This document shows positions 1-11,068 of a stretch of DNA of 64,000 nucleotides, piece after piece. The DNA is taken from the NCBI RefSeq assembly GCF_032444005.1, contig NC_091282.1, positions 1,228,592,001 through 1,228,656,000 of the forward strand. Direction: 5' to 3'. The notes below the pieces were generated by a model. That model was given only the letters and a program-made list of their open reading frames with translations, was not told where the DNA came from and searched no databases. The DNA is from Ranitomeya imitator (taxonomy: Eukaryota). Within the stretch, counting starts at the first letter, position 1, and every line of letters begins with the position of its first letter. A program made the position numbers and the translations under genes.

Positions 1-199
1 GCCACGAGGGGGTGAAGCCACCCCCCCTGGGCTAAACTACCACTCCCCCTGTCCCTGCAGATCGGGTGAAATGGGAGTTAACCCTTTCACCCGATCTGCA
101 GGGACGCGATCTTTCTGTGACACAGCATATGCGTCACAGGTCGGATTGGCACCGACTTTCATGACGCATACGCTGTGTCACAGGTCGGGAAGGGGTTAA
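1..199. mobile_element. Right end of a TTAA-type (piggyBac-like) MITE with internal hairpins
   Basis: Ends GGTCGGGAAGGGG|TTAA (TTAA at 196-199). Perfect 21-bp inverted repeat at 51-71/85-105, and a 20/21 inverted repeat at 116-136/162-182. The left end lies outside the window. Confidence 0.55.
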
Positions 200-724
200 A
201 TCTTACCAGTGTCACTTTATTAGGTAATAACTTCGGAACTCTTCAATGGATCCCACTGATTCTGAGAATGTTTTTTCATGACATATTATACTTCATGTTA
301 TTGGTAAATTTTGGTCAATACAATTTGCGTATACTGTATTCATGAAAGTAACAAAAATGTGGCAAAAAATGTGAACATTTTGCAATTTTCAAACTTTATT
401 TTTTTTGCCCTAGTAGTTATACCACACAAAATAATAATAAAAAAATAACGTTTCCCACATGTCTACTAACATCAGTATAATTTCAGGAGAAAATGGACCC
501 CAAAATTTGTTGTGCATTTTCTCCTGAATACACCGATACCCCATATGTGGGGGAAAGCTACTATTTGAGCACACGGCAGGGCTCAGAAGGGAAGGAGCAC
601 CTTTTGACTTTTTGAACGCAAAAATGGCTGTAATCGAAAGCAAACACTATATTGCATTTGGAGAACCCCTGATGTGCCAGAACAGTAGAATCCCCACACA
701 AGTACCCCCATTTTGGAGACTACA

Positions 725-1782
725 TGTTAGGAGTCGAGTTTCCTCTGCTGCACAGGGGGAATCTCGATCCGTGTCTGCTGCGGTCTCCCATTCGGTATCG
801 GCCGCAGTGGGCTCTGCTCAGCGGAGACGTCGCTCCCAGCGTCTCGCTAAGGCTGATTCGGTGCATACGGTCACTACTGCCTTTTCTGGCTTTCCTATGG
901 TACCCTGCACTGATCTGCGGCGATCAAGCCTCTCTGGGACTAAGTCCTTATTTACTCATACTGAGCATGCCCAGGGCAGGGTCTCCCATTGGAGGTCGAG
1001 GGCCACATGTTCGGTCACATGCTCAGGTACTGCAGTACATTCCATTGGTCCTCCTGGAAGGTCCTGAAAGGGCAAAACATGCTCAGGTACTGCAGCACTT
1101 TCCATTGGTCCTCCTGGAAGGTCCTGAAAGGGCAAAAACTTCAGTAGCAGCTTCCTGTGCTGCAACTATATAAACTGCGCATGACCGCATGGCCATGCGC
1201 TAGTATTGTCTTGTAAATATGTGTGTGTATTGTGAGTGAAAGTCGCTCTTTAAATAATCCTCCCTATTGAATGTCTGTTCGCGGAAGGTGTATGTTTGCT
1301 ATCTAGCGCCCGACTTATCCTACAGCACGTAACACACATCACAGCGTCCAGTTGCTGTGTCCGCCAGTACGGCGCCGTGCGCTTCCTCTGCGCTTTCCTT
1401 ACCCAAGCCTGGGTGGTTAGTGGCGTCCGTCAGTGTGGCACCGCACGCACTCTCGTGCCTTTATTTACTATTTCAATAGTTTCCTTTCACACCCAGTTGC
1501 GGTGTTGTGCCAGCAGTGGTCCAATCGGACTTCAATCCTAGTTGGGGTTGTGTTCGCTGACTTATTGCTCGCGCTCTATGTGCGGTACCGCGGTCCTATG
1601 ATGCAACAGGATCGCTTCCTTCACGCAGGGTGAAGTTAACCCTTGTATGTATACTTATAGTACCGCCATATAGTCCGTCTTACTTAGCAGCAGGTACTTT
1701 CCTGCACGGTGGATCCCGGGTTGCGAACGCACCAATTCCATATAATAAACTATATATTTGGTGCGTTCCGCTAACCCTAACA
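725..1782 (+). mobile_element. Solo LTR (1058 bp), same family as the Gypsy LTR at 61104
   Basis: TGTTAGG...CCTAACA termini. Exact 5-bp TSD CTACA at 720-724 and 1783-1787. TATATAAA at 1167. Collinear similarity to 61104-62164. Confidence 0.92.
1018..1137 (+). repeat. 60-bp tandem duplication in LTR U3
   Basis: Two copies of CATGCTCAGGTACTGCAG...GGTCCTGAAAGGGCAAAA at 1018-1077 and 1078-1137. Confidence 0.9.
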
Positions 1783-1858
1783 CTACACACCTTAAGGATT
1801 TTATCCAGTGATATAGTGAGGATATTTAACTCAAAGGTACTACACAGAATTTGATAAC

Positions 1859-3294
1859 TGTCACGATTCCCCTGACCGCTGTCACCAATTGGTCAGGATT
1901 CCCACCGTGACCGTCACCCCTATGTCACGGATTGAGGTGACTTTAGGCCAACAGACGGCTACCACACGTGCAGGGGGGCTTATCTTAGTTGTCCCTCCAC
2001 TCCACGATGTGATGAAAAACCACACACAAGGCTATTGACCTCTTAGTTTACAGCAGGGGCTTATTCTAGGTATCCCACTGCTTTTCTATATACCACGAAC
2101 TGCAGGGATTTATGTATATCCCGCTTACAGTTCCACTTAACACTTGCAGCTCTCTGGCGCCCCCCTTACTCTCAGGTCAGATTAGGTACTGCACCCTGGG
2201 TAGTTAGTCGCCAGAAAGGTTGCCTGCTATGTACTGGCTATTGGGCACGCTGCAGTGAGGCGATAACTACTCCCACTTAGGCAGGAACAATAATTATTAA
2301 CGCCGCAGCCGCTACAACATAACCCAAAAGTCTGCACACTTCTCGCTGCCACCAGCTTCGATTAAACGGGTCCGAAGCTAACCCAACAGAGTAGCATAAT
2401 TCTCTTCAAGAGACTTAGGGTACGGTTTAGAACAGGAGAATGAACTAACATATAATAGTATATCCCATTGAAAAATTAGGCAGTGCTTTATCAAAAAATA
2501 TTTTATAAAGATGTTACAAATGAGACAATTGCAAATATGTACAAGGGTAATTATAACATAAAGGGAATAAATGAGAAAAAGCAACACTTACATGTTCAAA
2601 GCATGACAGACAACCAGGCTAGTGGAGTTTTTCCCATACGTCCCAGCTCATTTGGATGTGATGCTGGGCTCTTCCAGGAGAAGACAAGAAATCAAGCAGA
2701 AAGACTGAGCTGGGGATGTGTGCAGCCAGTTATAACTTCAAGGCTGTGACATCACAGAAAGGCTGGCTTATCCAGACCCTCCTCTCTCTACCTTCTGAGT
2801 AAACTTTAAACTATTTTCTCTGATTTCTATAACTTCACTACAAAACATGTCAGAGTCCTAACATACTCATAATTCATCTCGGATTAACGTGAGCATTCTA
2901 ATGAGATCAAATATGTCCTATCTGGGATACATATTTACAGAGAAATCCCTAATTCTTTACCAGACGGAGTTAGAAGCCTGAGTTTCCAGGGATGGGTACA
3001 TACACCGAGTGGGAATACGAATATATTTTCGTGTTCTTACCGTAAACATGGTGCATAATATCGTATAAAAACCAAACAAAGAATCTTTCAGGAATTTTGG
3101 AGCCACTTTTCAGTTCTAGCTAGTGGAAGATTCTAACCTGGTCGTAAATACCGTTCGGCCATAAAACTCCCCCACACTCTCTGAGAAGGAAAGCTTGGAA
3201 TTGGCAGCTACAAACTGTTACTCCAAGAACGGGGGCTTAGCCCACGCAGGCTAGCAAGAGAACTACTTATGATATTTCATACCATATCGTGACA
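1859..3294. mobile_element. Solo LTR (1436 bp), second family
   Basis: Perfect 9-bp terminal inverted repeat TGTCACGAT/ATCGTGACA. Exact 5-bp TSD ATAAC at 1854-1858 and 3295-3299. No coding capacity. Confidence 0.85.
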
Positions 3295-3329
3295 ATAACA
3301 TTGGGTCGTCATATTGAATATGTCGTCAT

Positions 3330-3454
3330 TAGTGTTGAGCGCAAGTGCTCGCTACTCGAGATTGCATCAGGGTGCTCGGGTATTCATCAAGTACCGTGAG
3401 TGCTCGAGTGATGTTGATGCAAACTTGAGTAGCGAGCACTTGCCCTCAACACTA
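3330..3454. mobile_element. hAT-type MITE (125 bp)
   Basis: Long TIRs TAGTGTTGAGCGCAAGTGCTCGCTACTC.../...GAGTAGCGAGCACTTGCCCTCAACACTA. 8-bp TSD GTCGTCAT/GACGTCAT (7/8). Confidence 0.85.
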
Positions 3455-3491
3455 GACGTCATATCATCATAATTTTTTTAACTTTTGAAAA

Positions 3492-3608
3492 AACCCTAAT
3501 CCTAACTCTAACCCTAGGCCAACCCTAGCCTCACCCTAACCTAACCCTAGCATAACCCCAACCGTAACCTAATCACAACCCTAACCCCAACCCAACCCTA
3601 ACCCTAAT
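3492..3608 (+). repeat. Degenerate telomere-like (CCCTAA)n tract
   Basis: Run of CCCTAA/CCTAA/CCCAA/CCCTAG variants inside the host DNA transposon. Confidence 0.7.
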
Positions 3609-4659
3609 GGCAAAGAATGGAAGAAAAGTAATAAAAAAATAAAATACAAAAAATGTAATCTGACTAAGTGGATGACACAGGGGGATGATTTATTAATTAT
3701 TGGCTTTTGATCACTGATAAGTGATAAGGTCTATCACAGTGATCAAAATGAACCAATAAAAAAGTACCCACTGTTTCCTGGTGCCAGCCGACAGATCTTG
3801 GCAGGTGCACTGCACATTTGCCCACCATTTTTTTCCCAGGAAGTATTGGCAGAGGGCTGTAGATGGAGCTGGAGGCATGGAGGATGATGGTGTTACTGGG
3901 GTGTGGGGGCTTGGGTACCTCATTTCTCTCTGTTCTGACATGTATATCATGTCAGAAGAGAAAGAAATGTTTCTAATAATTGATACACTTTTTTTACGTC
4001 ATCCACCATTATTCATTGAATAACAGCAGTCACGTGATTTGGGACTATAAAAAATGGTCCTGATAATCTTCTCCAGGGTCTCAGCTTCCCCCTGCAGCTC
4101 AAACTCCTGAGAAATTCCTGTGCTGGGGGGCGCTATTTTAAAATGGCAATGAGGGAATAAGGCCCCTTAACAACCGCTGTTTTAATGCATATCAGTGGTC
4201 ATTAAGAGGTTAAAATGGTTTTTAAAAATAATAATTTAAGCAAACCAAAACTGATTTTTTTAATAAAAAGTTGGAAGTGTCAGTGTAATTTATGAAGGAA
4301 GCAAAAACTGCCCAAAATTAATGGAAGAGGAACTCAGATACAGAGGGACCTTGTATTAGAAAAACAGAAGGGTCTCATGTACATTCTGTTCAAATTGTCA
4401 TGTAGGGGTACTCCTAGACTCATAAAGTGCAAAACCTGCCTAAAATAACAAACAGGGTCATCCATACACCATTCAAGGCACCAACTGCAGTGCCTCATTC
4501 AAATATTCCGAGCAAAGTATAGTTGTGCTTCTCTTCCACTCATAAAACGTCTGCACACAGTGCAAAGCCTGACAAAAATTACAAGCAGGGGCATCCATAC
4601 ACCCGTGCAGGAACCAACTGGGGGACATGATTCAAAATTTGTAAACAAAGTGTATTTGC

Positions 4660-5064
4660 TTTACCTACGCTGGTTATCAAGAATAGAGGGAATCCGACAC
4701 CATTTTTCTATTTTATTTATTTATTGCATAGGCTCCGGCTGGCAAATACTCTCATCATTGTATTCCTGCTCTCGCTGCTATCAGCGAGACCAGTCATACA
4801 ATGATAAGAGTAGTACTCTCATTGCTGACTCCTGTAACCTTTTTATTGCCAGTCATGCTGCTGGCTCACAGCAGCGCTCTGAATGGCGGTAATGAACTTA
4901 CCGCCGATCAGAGCTGGTGTTTCTTGCCTTTCCGTATAGATGACAGCATGGGTAATGCCAGCTGTTCGGTTAGGGTTCGAGTTCAGGTAGTGTTCTGGTA
5001 CCCAACCTTTTTTTTTAAATGTTCGGCAAACGGACCCGAACATTCATTGGTCCGTGCATCACTA
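4660..5064. mobile_element. Decayed one-ended fragment of the hAT MITE family
   Basis: Ends ...GTTCGG...CCCGAAC...GCATCACTA, the family terminus. CTGGTTATCAAGAATAGAGGG is shared with the element at 13-14 kb. Confidence 0.4.
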
Positions 5065-5589
5065 ACCATGAATTGACATGAATGCCAAGGACCCTAGACA
5101 GTAACTCTTTAAGTTATAATGCAATATGGGAACTTAACCCAAAGCCAATGATTTGATCACCCGACGTTTCTGGTGTGGTCTGCAGTGTGTATAGTCAGTG
5201 GTACAAGTCAGTTTTCAGTTATATTAAGATAGAAGATGTGTTTATATATTCAGTACATCACTACAAGGATTTATTTTTGTGCAGTAATTGTGGTTATTGG
5301 TTACGCATGATGGTTTTGTAACATAGCTCCTGTTTCTTATGAAGATATAAACATTGCATGCTTCAAAATTCAAGGGAATGAAATTACTTTCTTAACAATC
5401 CGACCCCCTTGTCCTTCCAGCTCGTCTGTGGTCACAGTTAATGTGCAGGTATTCTCAATGCCACATTGTTTTTTTTGTTCTATGGTTGCATGAAATTTTT
5501 TCTCCAGATGACGTCAAGCCCCAGACTCGTCGTATTCTCCTCGGCTAGACTATTTCAGGTTACTGTCATTTCCTCTTGGTAATTTCTAA

Positions 5590-6210
5590 ATGTAATGGAG
5601 AAGAATTTTCCACAATTTGGAACGAAATGCCAGTAGATAGTCTAAGGACCATGGCGTGCTCCGTCTGTGTCTCCAGCCAGCGGAAAATAAATGTGATAAA
5701 AATAACTTATTTGCTCCAGGCAATCCATAGATCAGCCAACCCAAGATGGTTCATCTCATACTGTGGTAGAATATTCTTTGTAATTGTTCACTCGTCCAGT
5801 CGTTATTTTCATCTTACGATTCGTTTTGGATTGACAACAATCAAAAATAAAATGATCCATATATCCCCACCTATCATATCACATGGTAAAGTGCAGTTAA
5901 TCAGAAGGGATTATCATAGCCTGTATAAAATCCAAGGCAGGGAATGCAGTGGCCATTTTAGGGTGATTTAGAATAGTGAAAAGACATCAGAGCTCTCAAC
6001 TAAAAACCGACAGATTAGCAGTCCAGATAGAAGTATGTTGCACAAAACCAGCAGTCACGAAAATACGTGTAATAGTCTCTGAAAATTAGAGAGATTCAAT
6101 TGATAGATTGAGAAAGAGACATGAGAGGTGTCAGCAGCAATGCCAGACAGAATGATGTTGATCAGTGATATGATGGAGCTGACATTTGTCCTGCTGCATT
6201 TGAATTACAA
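5590..6210 (-). pseudogene. Possible decayed single-exon 7TM chemoreceptor, TAS2R-like
   Basis: Hand translation of the minus strand gives ordered hydrophobic segments in shifting frames: TSIWTANLSVF, LKWPLHSLPWIL..SLLI, SMR*TILGWLIY and PWSLDYLLAFRSKL. These resemble TAS2R TM3, ICL2-TM4, TM6 and TM7 motifs. Many stops and frameshifts; not tested by a profile search. Confidence 0.3.
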
Positions 6211-7519
6211 TTACACAATTTTTCTCTGCATTCTTCATGCACTAGAAATCAGTAGCAAGGCAGCACAGTATTTTTTTTTCCATAAAGTGTCAGACTGGAC
6301 TGAGTTTTTGCATTTTTTGTGTGATCTGTTTGTTAAAGGGCAAATAATTGTTTTTTTTTTAAATAAAAAAATCCTTCCCTAAAATCCTGACTTATGACTG
6401 TCTACCTCAAAAAGTGTGTGTGTTGCAAGCAGTTTTTTTTTTAATTGCTCATCTGTTTTTTACAAGTTACATTTTACATCCATATACATCACACTAACTC
6501 AGGTGCTGGCGTGTTGAATATTTACCCACTTAGCATTTATTATCTTGTCATTTTTGGGACGGGAGTTGAATTAAAAAAAAATAGAAAAAGTTGTTTTGAA
6601 AAATATAGGCATTTAACTGTGTGTGTCTGTTTTTGCTCACCTGTTTTGCAACACTACACACAAAAGCCCAAAAGGCTAATCTATACAACAATGTGCAGGG
6701 CACAAAAAATATAACTATTTGATTTTTAAAGTTCAAAAAACGCGTAAGGCTTTATATCTAAAAAGGGAAAAGCGTAGAACAAATACGCAGCTACAGGCAA
6801 TGAAAAGTGGTGGATGAATCAAATGTGTCCCTAGATAATTAAATAAATGAATAGATACAAAACAGCATAGTAGGCTGGCACATCGATGGGGCATATATAG
6901 GCTCGAGGTAAAGGGCATGTGCAATGCCAGTACAATGTGCATAAGTTGGATAAAGAGGATCTTGCCTTAAAACAAAAGTTGCAAAGGTAAAAAAAACAAC
7001 CTAAAAATAATCAGCACATTCAGCCAAATATAAAGAACCAAGTGATATACAGAGGCCACCCACAATCTGTTATATTTTTTTTAAGTCAATGGTTATTGGA
7101 TTATAATAGATGGTCAACTGATATGTTGTCCATTAACAGATCCATTTTTAAAGCACTGTGCATGTTCATTACACTAGCAGTACTCAGTAGGGATGAGCTA
7201 ATCTGATCATTAAAGTTCAATGTTCGTACCGGACAATTACTGTCTGGTACCAAAACCCAAACATGGACTTTTTACCGTTTACAGTTTGGATGCCCAATAA
7301 AGTTTGTTCAAAGGCTGTAGCATAGCCAATAGACAAGCTTTTAGGCTGTGGGCACTTCCAGAAACATCACAGTCAAGTATTGGCCACGTGATCCGGACTG
7401 TATAAATGCCCGATCACGGGTGTCACCGCCATTCTCCTCTGCTTAGGGTAGGGAAAGGAGGCAGTTGGAGTCAGGGGCAGTTTTAGGTTTTGTGTGTGCG
7501 CAGTTTTCAAAAAAGCCTC

Positions 7520-8302
7520 TGTTAGGGCTGGTTGAACGCACCGAGTTATTTTGAGAGATGTTATTTGGTGCGTTCGCAGCCCGGGGTCCACCGTGCATGA
7601 GAGGACCTGCTGCTGGCAAATGGCGGACCTATATGGCGGTAGAAACGCACTCTGTTACTTCACAGAGACGCTGTGCCAGATCTCACTCTGACCCTCGGTG
7701 GCTTTTACATACAGCCGGTATTCTAGGGGCTTATTTCAGCCGGGGCCCTAAATCCATGCGCACAATCTCCTCGCCGGAGGTGCCGGCATTCTAGGGGTTT
7801 ATTTCAGCCGAGTCCCTGAACACACATAAATGTGACCACACTGGCGCATGCACATAACTGATTCAATACTAGCGCGTGGCCGTGCGGTCATGAGAGCCTT
7901 AAATAGCTGCAGCAAGTACAGGACCTTCCAAGAAGGACCAATGAGAGGCTGCTACAGAGCCTGAGCACCTACAAGACCTTCCTAGAAGGACCAATGGATT
8001 TAGCTGCAGTATCTGAACATGTGACCCTCGATCTCCAGTGAGAGATCTTACTCTGGGTATGCTCAGAACAAGAAAAGCAGGACTTAGTCTTAGAAGCGTC
8101 TGCTCGCCACTGCCCAACACTGACTTCAATAGCAGAAGCAGGAAAAGCAGCAGTAACCCTTTGTACAGAGTCAGACTTAGCGAGATGCTGGGATCGACGT
8201 CTCTGCTGAACAGGCTCCACTGCGGCAGGAGAAGAATGGGAGACCGCAGCGGAGATGGCCCGAGATTCCCCCTGTGCAGAGGCGGGAACTCGACCCCTAA
8301 CA
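7520..8302 (-). mobile_element. Solo LTR (783 bp), related to 725-1782, inverted
   Basis: TGTTAGG...CCTAACA termini. Exact TSD GCCTC at 7515-7519 and 8303-8307. Minus-strand start TGTTAGGGGTCGAGTTCCCGCCTCTGCACAGGGGGAATC matches the other two LTRs. Confidence 0.9.
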
Positions 8303-8903
8303 GCCTCTCTGTTGTATTCTGCACCCATGTCTGTGATAGTATTGCCACAACATTTGGCACCACCATCTAATACGGTCCGCATTTTAACAACATGGTGGAA
8401 GAGTACGTGTTCACACTTCTCCACGTACTGAATGATGGGTCTGGGTCTCCAAACTGAACACATTGCCATTAACACCTTGGGGTGCTTGCTTGGTTTCACT
8501 GCAACAAGTGTAGTGCCAGAAAGTGTGTTTAGCATGGCGCGGGGTGCGATCACAGACAGGAGCATCCGCCTATCCACAGACAATATGTGCAGGCTCACGT
8601 TCATTAACATAGAGCAGATATCGATCCTACAAGACTTGTTCGTACCTTTTGGCTGGCTACAATTGTAGACCTGTCTCACTCAGCCATTGTTATATTCCAC
8701 CACAGTTTGTTTGTTCTATTTTTCATTCCCAGTGTTTTGAGACCTCCCTCCAAAACAAAGCAAACAAAGAAAACCTACCTCTTCCTCTTCGTCCACTTCT
8801 TCCACCTTCACCTCCTCCTCCTCTTCAGTCTCCTCCTCCACTTGGACCTCCGTCTCTTGGTTCAAGATCATTTTTTATTTTTTTTATTTCTATGTTATTT
8901 TAA

Positions 8904-9423
8904 AGGGGTTGTCCCATGAACACAGTTGATGTTATTCAATAGGTCTTGGAATAAAAATAATTTCCACAATTGGATATGTTTAATTAATAAATAATGAACT
9001 GGCCATGTCTAACTGTGCAGGAACATAGTCTGATCATACTACAACTGCTGAGCAGGGGAAGAAGCAAAAGAGAGTATACAGACAATGCAGCGCTCAATCA
9101 CAAATAATTATTTGAGGTAAAACATTTTTTAAAAACAGGCAGGTAAATGCTTTATCTCACAAAAGAATCATCTGTGATCCATGCTGTACTATCTGTATAC
9201 GCTCTTTTGCTTCCTCCCTGCCCAGGAGCTGTGGTATGATCAGACCATGTTCCTATACGATAAGACACAGCCATTACACAGTACATTGCAGGGGCACATT
9301 TAGAGGATTATCTCAGCACAGGGACATATTATTTATCACATCCAATTGTGGAAATTATTATAATTCCAAAATGTATTAATAAAAATCAACTTTAAAATTA
9401 ACTTTGTTCATGGGAAAACTCCT
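8904..9423. mobile_element. T2-type (Kolobok) MITE
   Basis: TTAA|AGGGGTTGTCCCATGAAC ... GTTCATGGGAAAACTCCT|TTAA. TIR matches 16/18, TSD is TTAA, interior is palindromic. Confidence 0.8.
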
Positions 9424-10657
9424 TTAAGTTATTTGCCTATGTACATTCTTTACAGCCCAAAAAAGTGCAGACTATTACACAACCTGTATACTGTACATAG
9501 AGTGGCCAGCAGATTATTACACCGCCTGTATGCAGAGTGCCCCCCAGACCCTGTTTTCATAGTACACCCCAAAAATAAATAAAACAAAACACAAAAACAG
9601 TGTTGGCGACCTTCTCCTCCACCTCTTCCACCTACACCACCACCTCCTCTACCACTTGGACCTCCGCCTCCTGCTTCTTGAGTCTTATAACTTTTTTTAT
9701 TCTATTCTTTTAAGTCATTTCCCTTTCCAGATTTGTTTGGAAGGAACTTTTCCTTCTCTCGCGCCCATTTTGCTTCTTTTTGCAGCCCCCTAGCCCTTTC
9801 TATGACCATTTTACAGCCATTTTGAATCACTGAAGTTCAGGTTGCCATTGTCTTCTAATTGGGTTCAAGTTCAGGGTCCAGTTTGGCAGAACGCGAATAC
9901 CCCCAGGTCCGCTCACCCAAGTGTTCAGAAACACTTGTAGAAAACACAGATCTGATTCTGTTACAAATAGAATAAAAACAAATGCAAAACAGAATCCCTA
10001 ATCCATCACAAATGGAGGATAGCTGGACATCTGAAAAGAGCCGTACAAACATAGAAAAGAAGGAGGAGGCCTGCAAGCTAGTAGAAAACTTATTTTATTG
10101 CTAAAGAAAAAATCAGTTTTATTTCTATTTCAGGCTATTTAGCATATTTGGGATATAGGTAAAAATTGAAAGTTTTCTTTAAAGTAAACCTTGTGAAGAG
10201 GCTCTCCTATGTCGATACATCCTTTTAGGGAAACGTGAGTCATTAGATGGACCTTCTGGATTATCATCGTTTGGCCAGAGTGGAGTCCAGTTACAAGTAG
10301 AGGACCTGTCTTTTCATGCCTGACACAGGATTGAACACGCACTATGGAAAAAATGGGAAAACTACCAAACCACATATATAAAAACTAATCCATGAGCATT
10401 TTTATTTGTATTAGTTTAGGAGACCTACCTACGAATCAAGTCTCCAGTAGTCCAGTCTCTCTTGGAATTAATGGGTTGAATTGTCAAAGCAAAGCTCCTC
10501 CTAAACAAGTCACCTTCTAAAACATTATCATCAAAGTGATGAACGGATGAAACATTTTGGTTGGCAACATTCTCCAGGTATCTACTGTAGACAAAACTTG
10601 GCACTCAGAGGGAAAAGTGACAAAAACCAAATGTTCCATTCATTGCATCCAGAATTA

Positions 10658-10700
10658 GCGTTAAACGTTTTCGGTCCACATCCGGACCTTCATCAGAACT
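10658..10700 (-). ncRNA. Minimal hammerhead-ribozyme-like motif (Penelope pLTR type), probably degenerate
   Basis: Minus strand reads GTT-CTGATGA-A-GGTCC-GGATGT-GGACC-GAAA-ACGTTT-AAC. It has both core boxes, a 5-bp stem II, a palindromic stem III and a 3-bp stem I. Confidence 0.45.
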
Positions 10701-10909
10701 GATATGAGAAGACTGGGTTTTATGTCTTGTTATGGATCTCCTGTTTTCTACAAAAAGTCCAGGGAGAAATCCAAGTAGCCTGGATGCCTGGTGGAGCTAG
10801 CGTGAGGCAGCGTGTGGAAGCAGGCAAACATGGTCGCAAAGGGTGAGCGCTCTTCTCCCGGTATCTGCCAAAATCAGATTCATCATCCACGAATACATGA
10901 GCCAGATAG

Positions 10910-11068
10910 TGAGAGGTGAGTTATCATTAGAACAGAACTTTTTGACATTGAGGGTGATCAATGAGTGGAACAGGCTGCCACGAGAGGTGGTGAGTTCTCC
11001 TTCAATGGAGTCTTCAATCAGCGGCTAGACAGACATCTGCCTGAGAATATTTAGTGAATCCTGCTTTG
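10910..11068 (+). mobile_element. CR1-clade LINE 3' remnant
   Basis: Translates FLTLRVINEWNRLPREVVSSPSME, the typical CR1 ORF2 C-terminus. Confidence 0.75.

Larger units (their letters stand above)
200..4213. mobile_element. Non-autonomous TTAA-type DNA transposon that hosts nested insertions
   Basis: Ends GGTCATTAAGAGG|TTAA at 4213, similar to the terminus at 199. It hosts two solo LTRs and a hAT MITE, each bounded by its own TSD. No ORF. The left boundary is uncertain. Confidence 0.5.
7188..9920. mobile_element. Long non-autonomous hAT-type element with nested solo LTR and T2-MITE
   Basis: Left end TAGGGATGAGC, right end GCTCACCCAA (degenerate TIR). Flanking 8-mers GTACTCAG/GTGTTCAG match 6/8. 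Confidence 0.6.

Noticed and set aside
3492-3608. Chromosome-fusion scar
   Set aside because: The tract is single-orientation, short and degenerate, and it sits inside a transposon. There is no head-to-head TTAGGG/CCCTAA junction.
6730-6750. AAACGCGT motif reminiscent of a Penelope hammerhead stem III
   Set aside because: No CUGANGA box or stem II is recognisable.
612-8679. ORFs of 100-236 aa over the solo LTRs (also 61086-61990)
   Set aside because: They lie in GC-rich LTR sequence, show no protein motifs, and are not frame-conserved among the three LTR copies.
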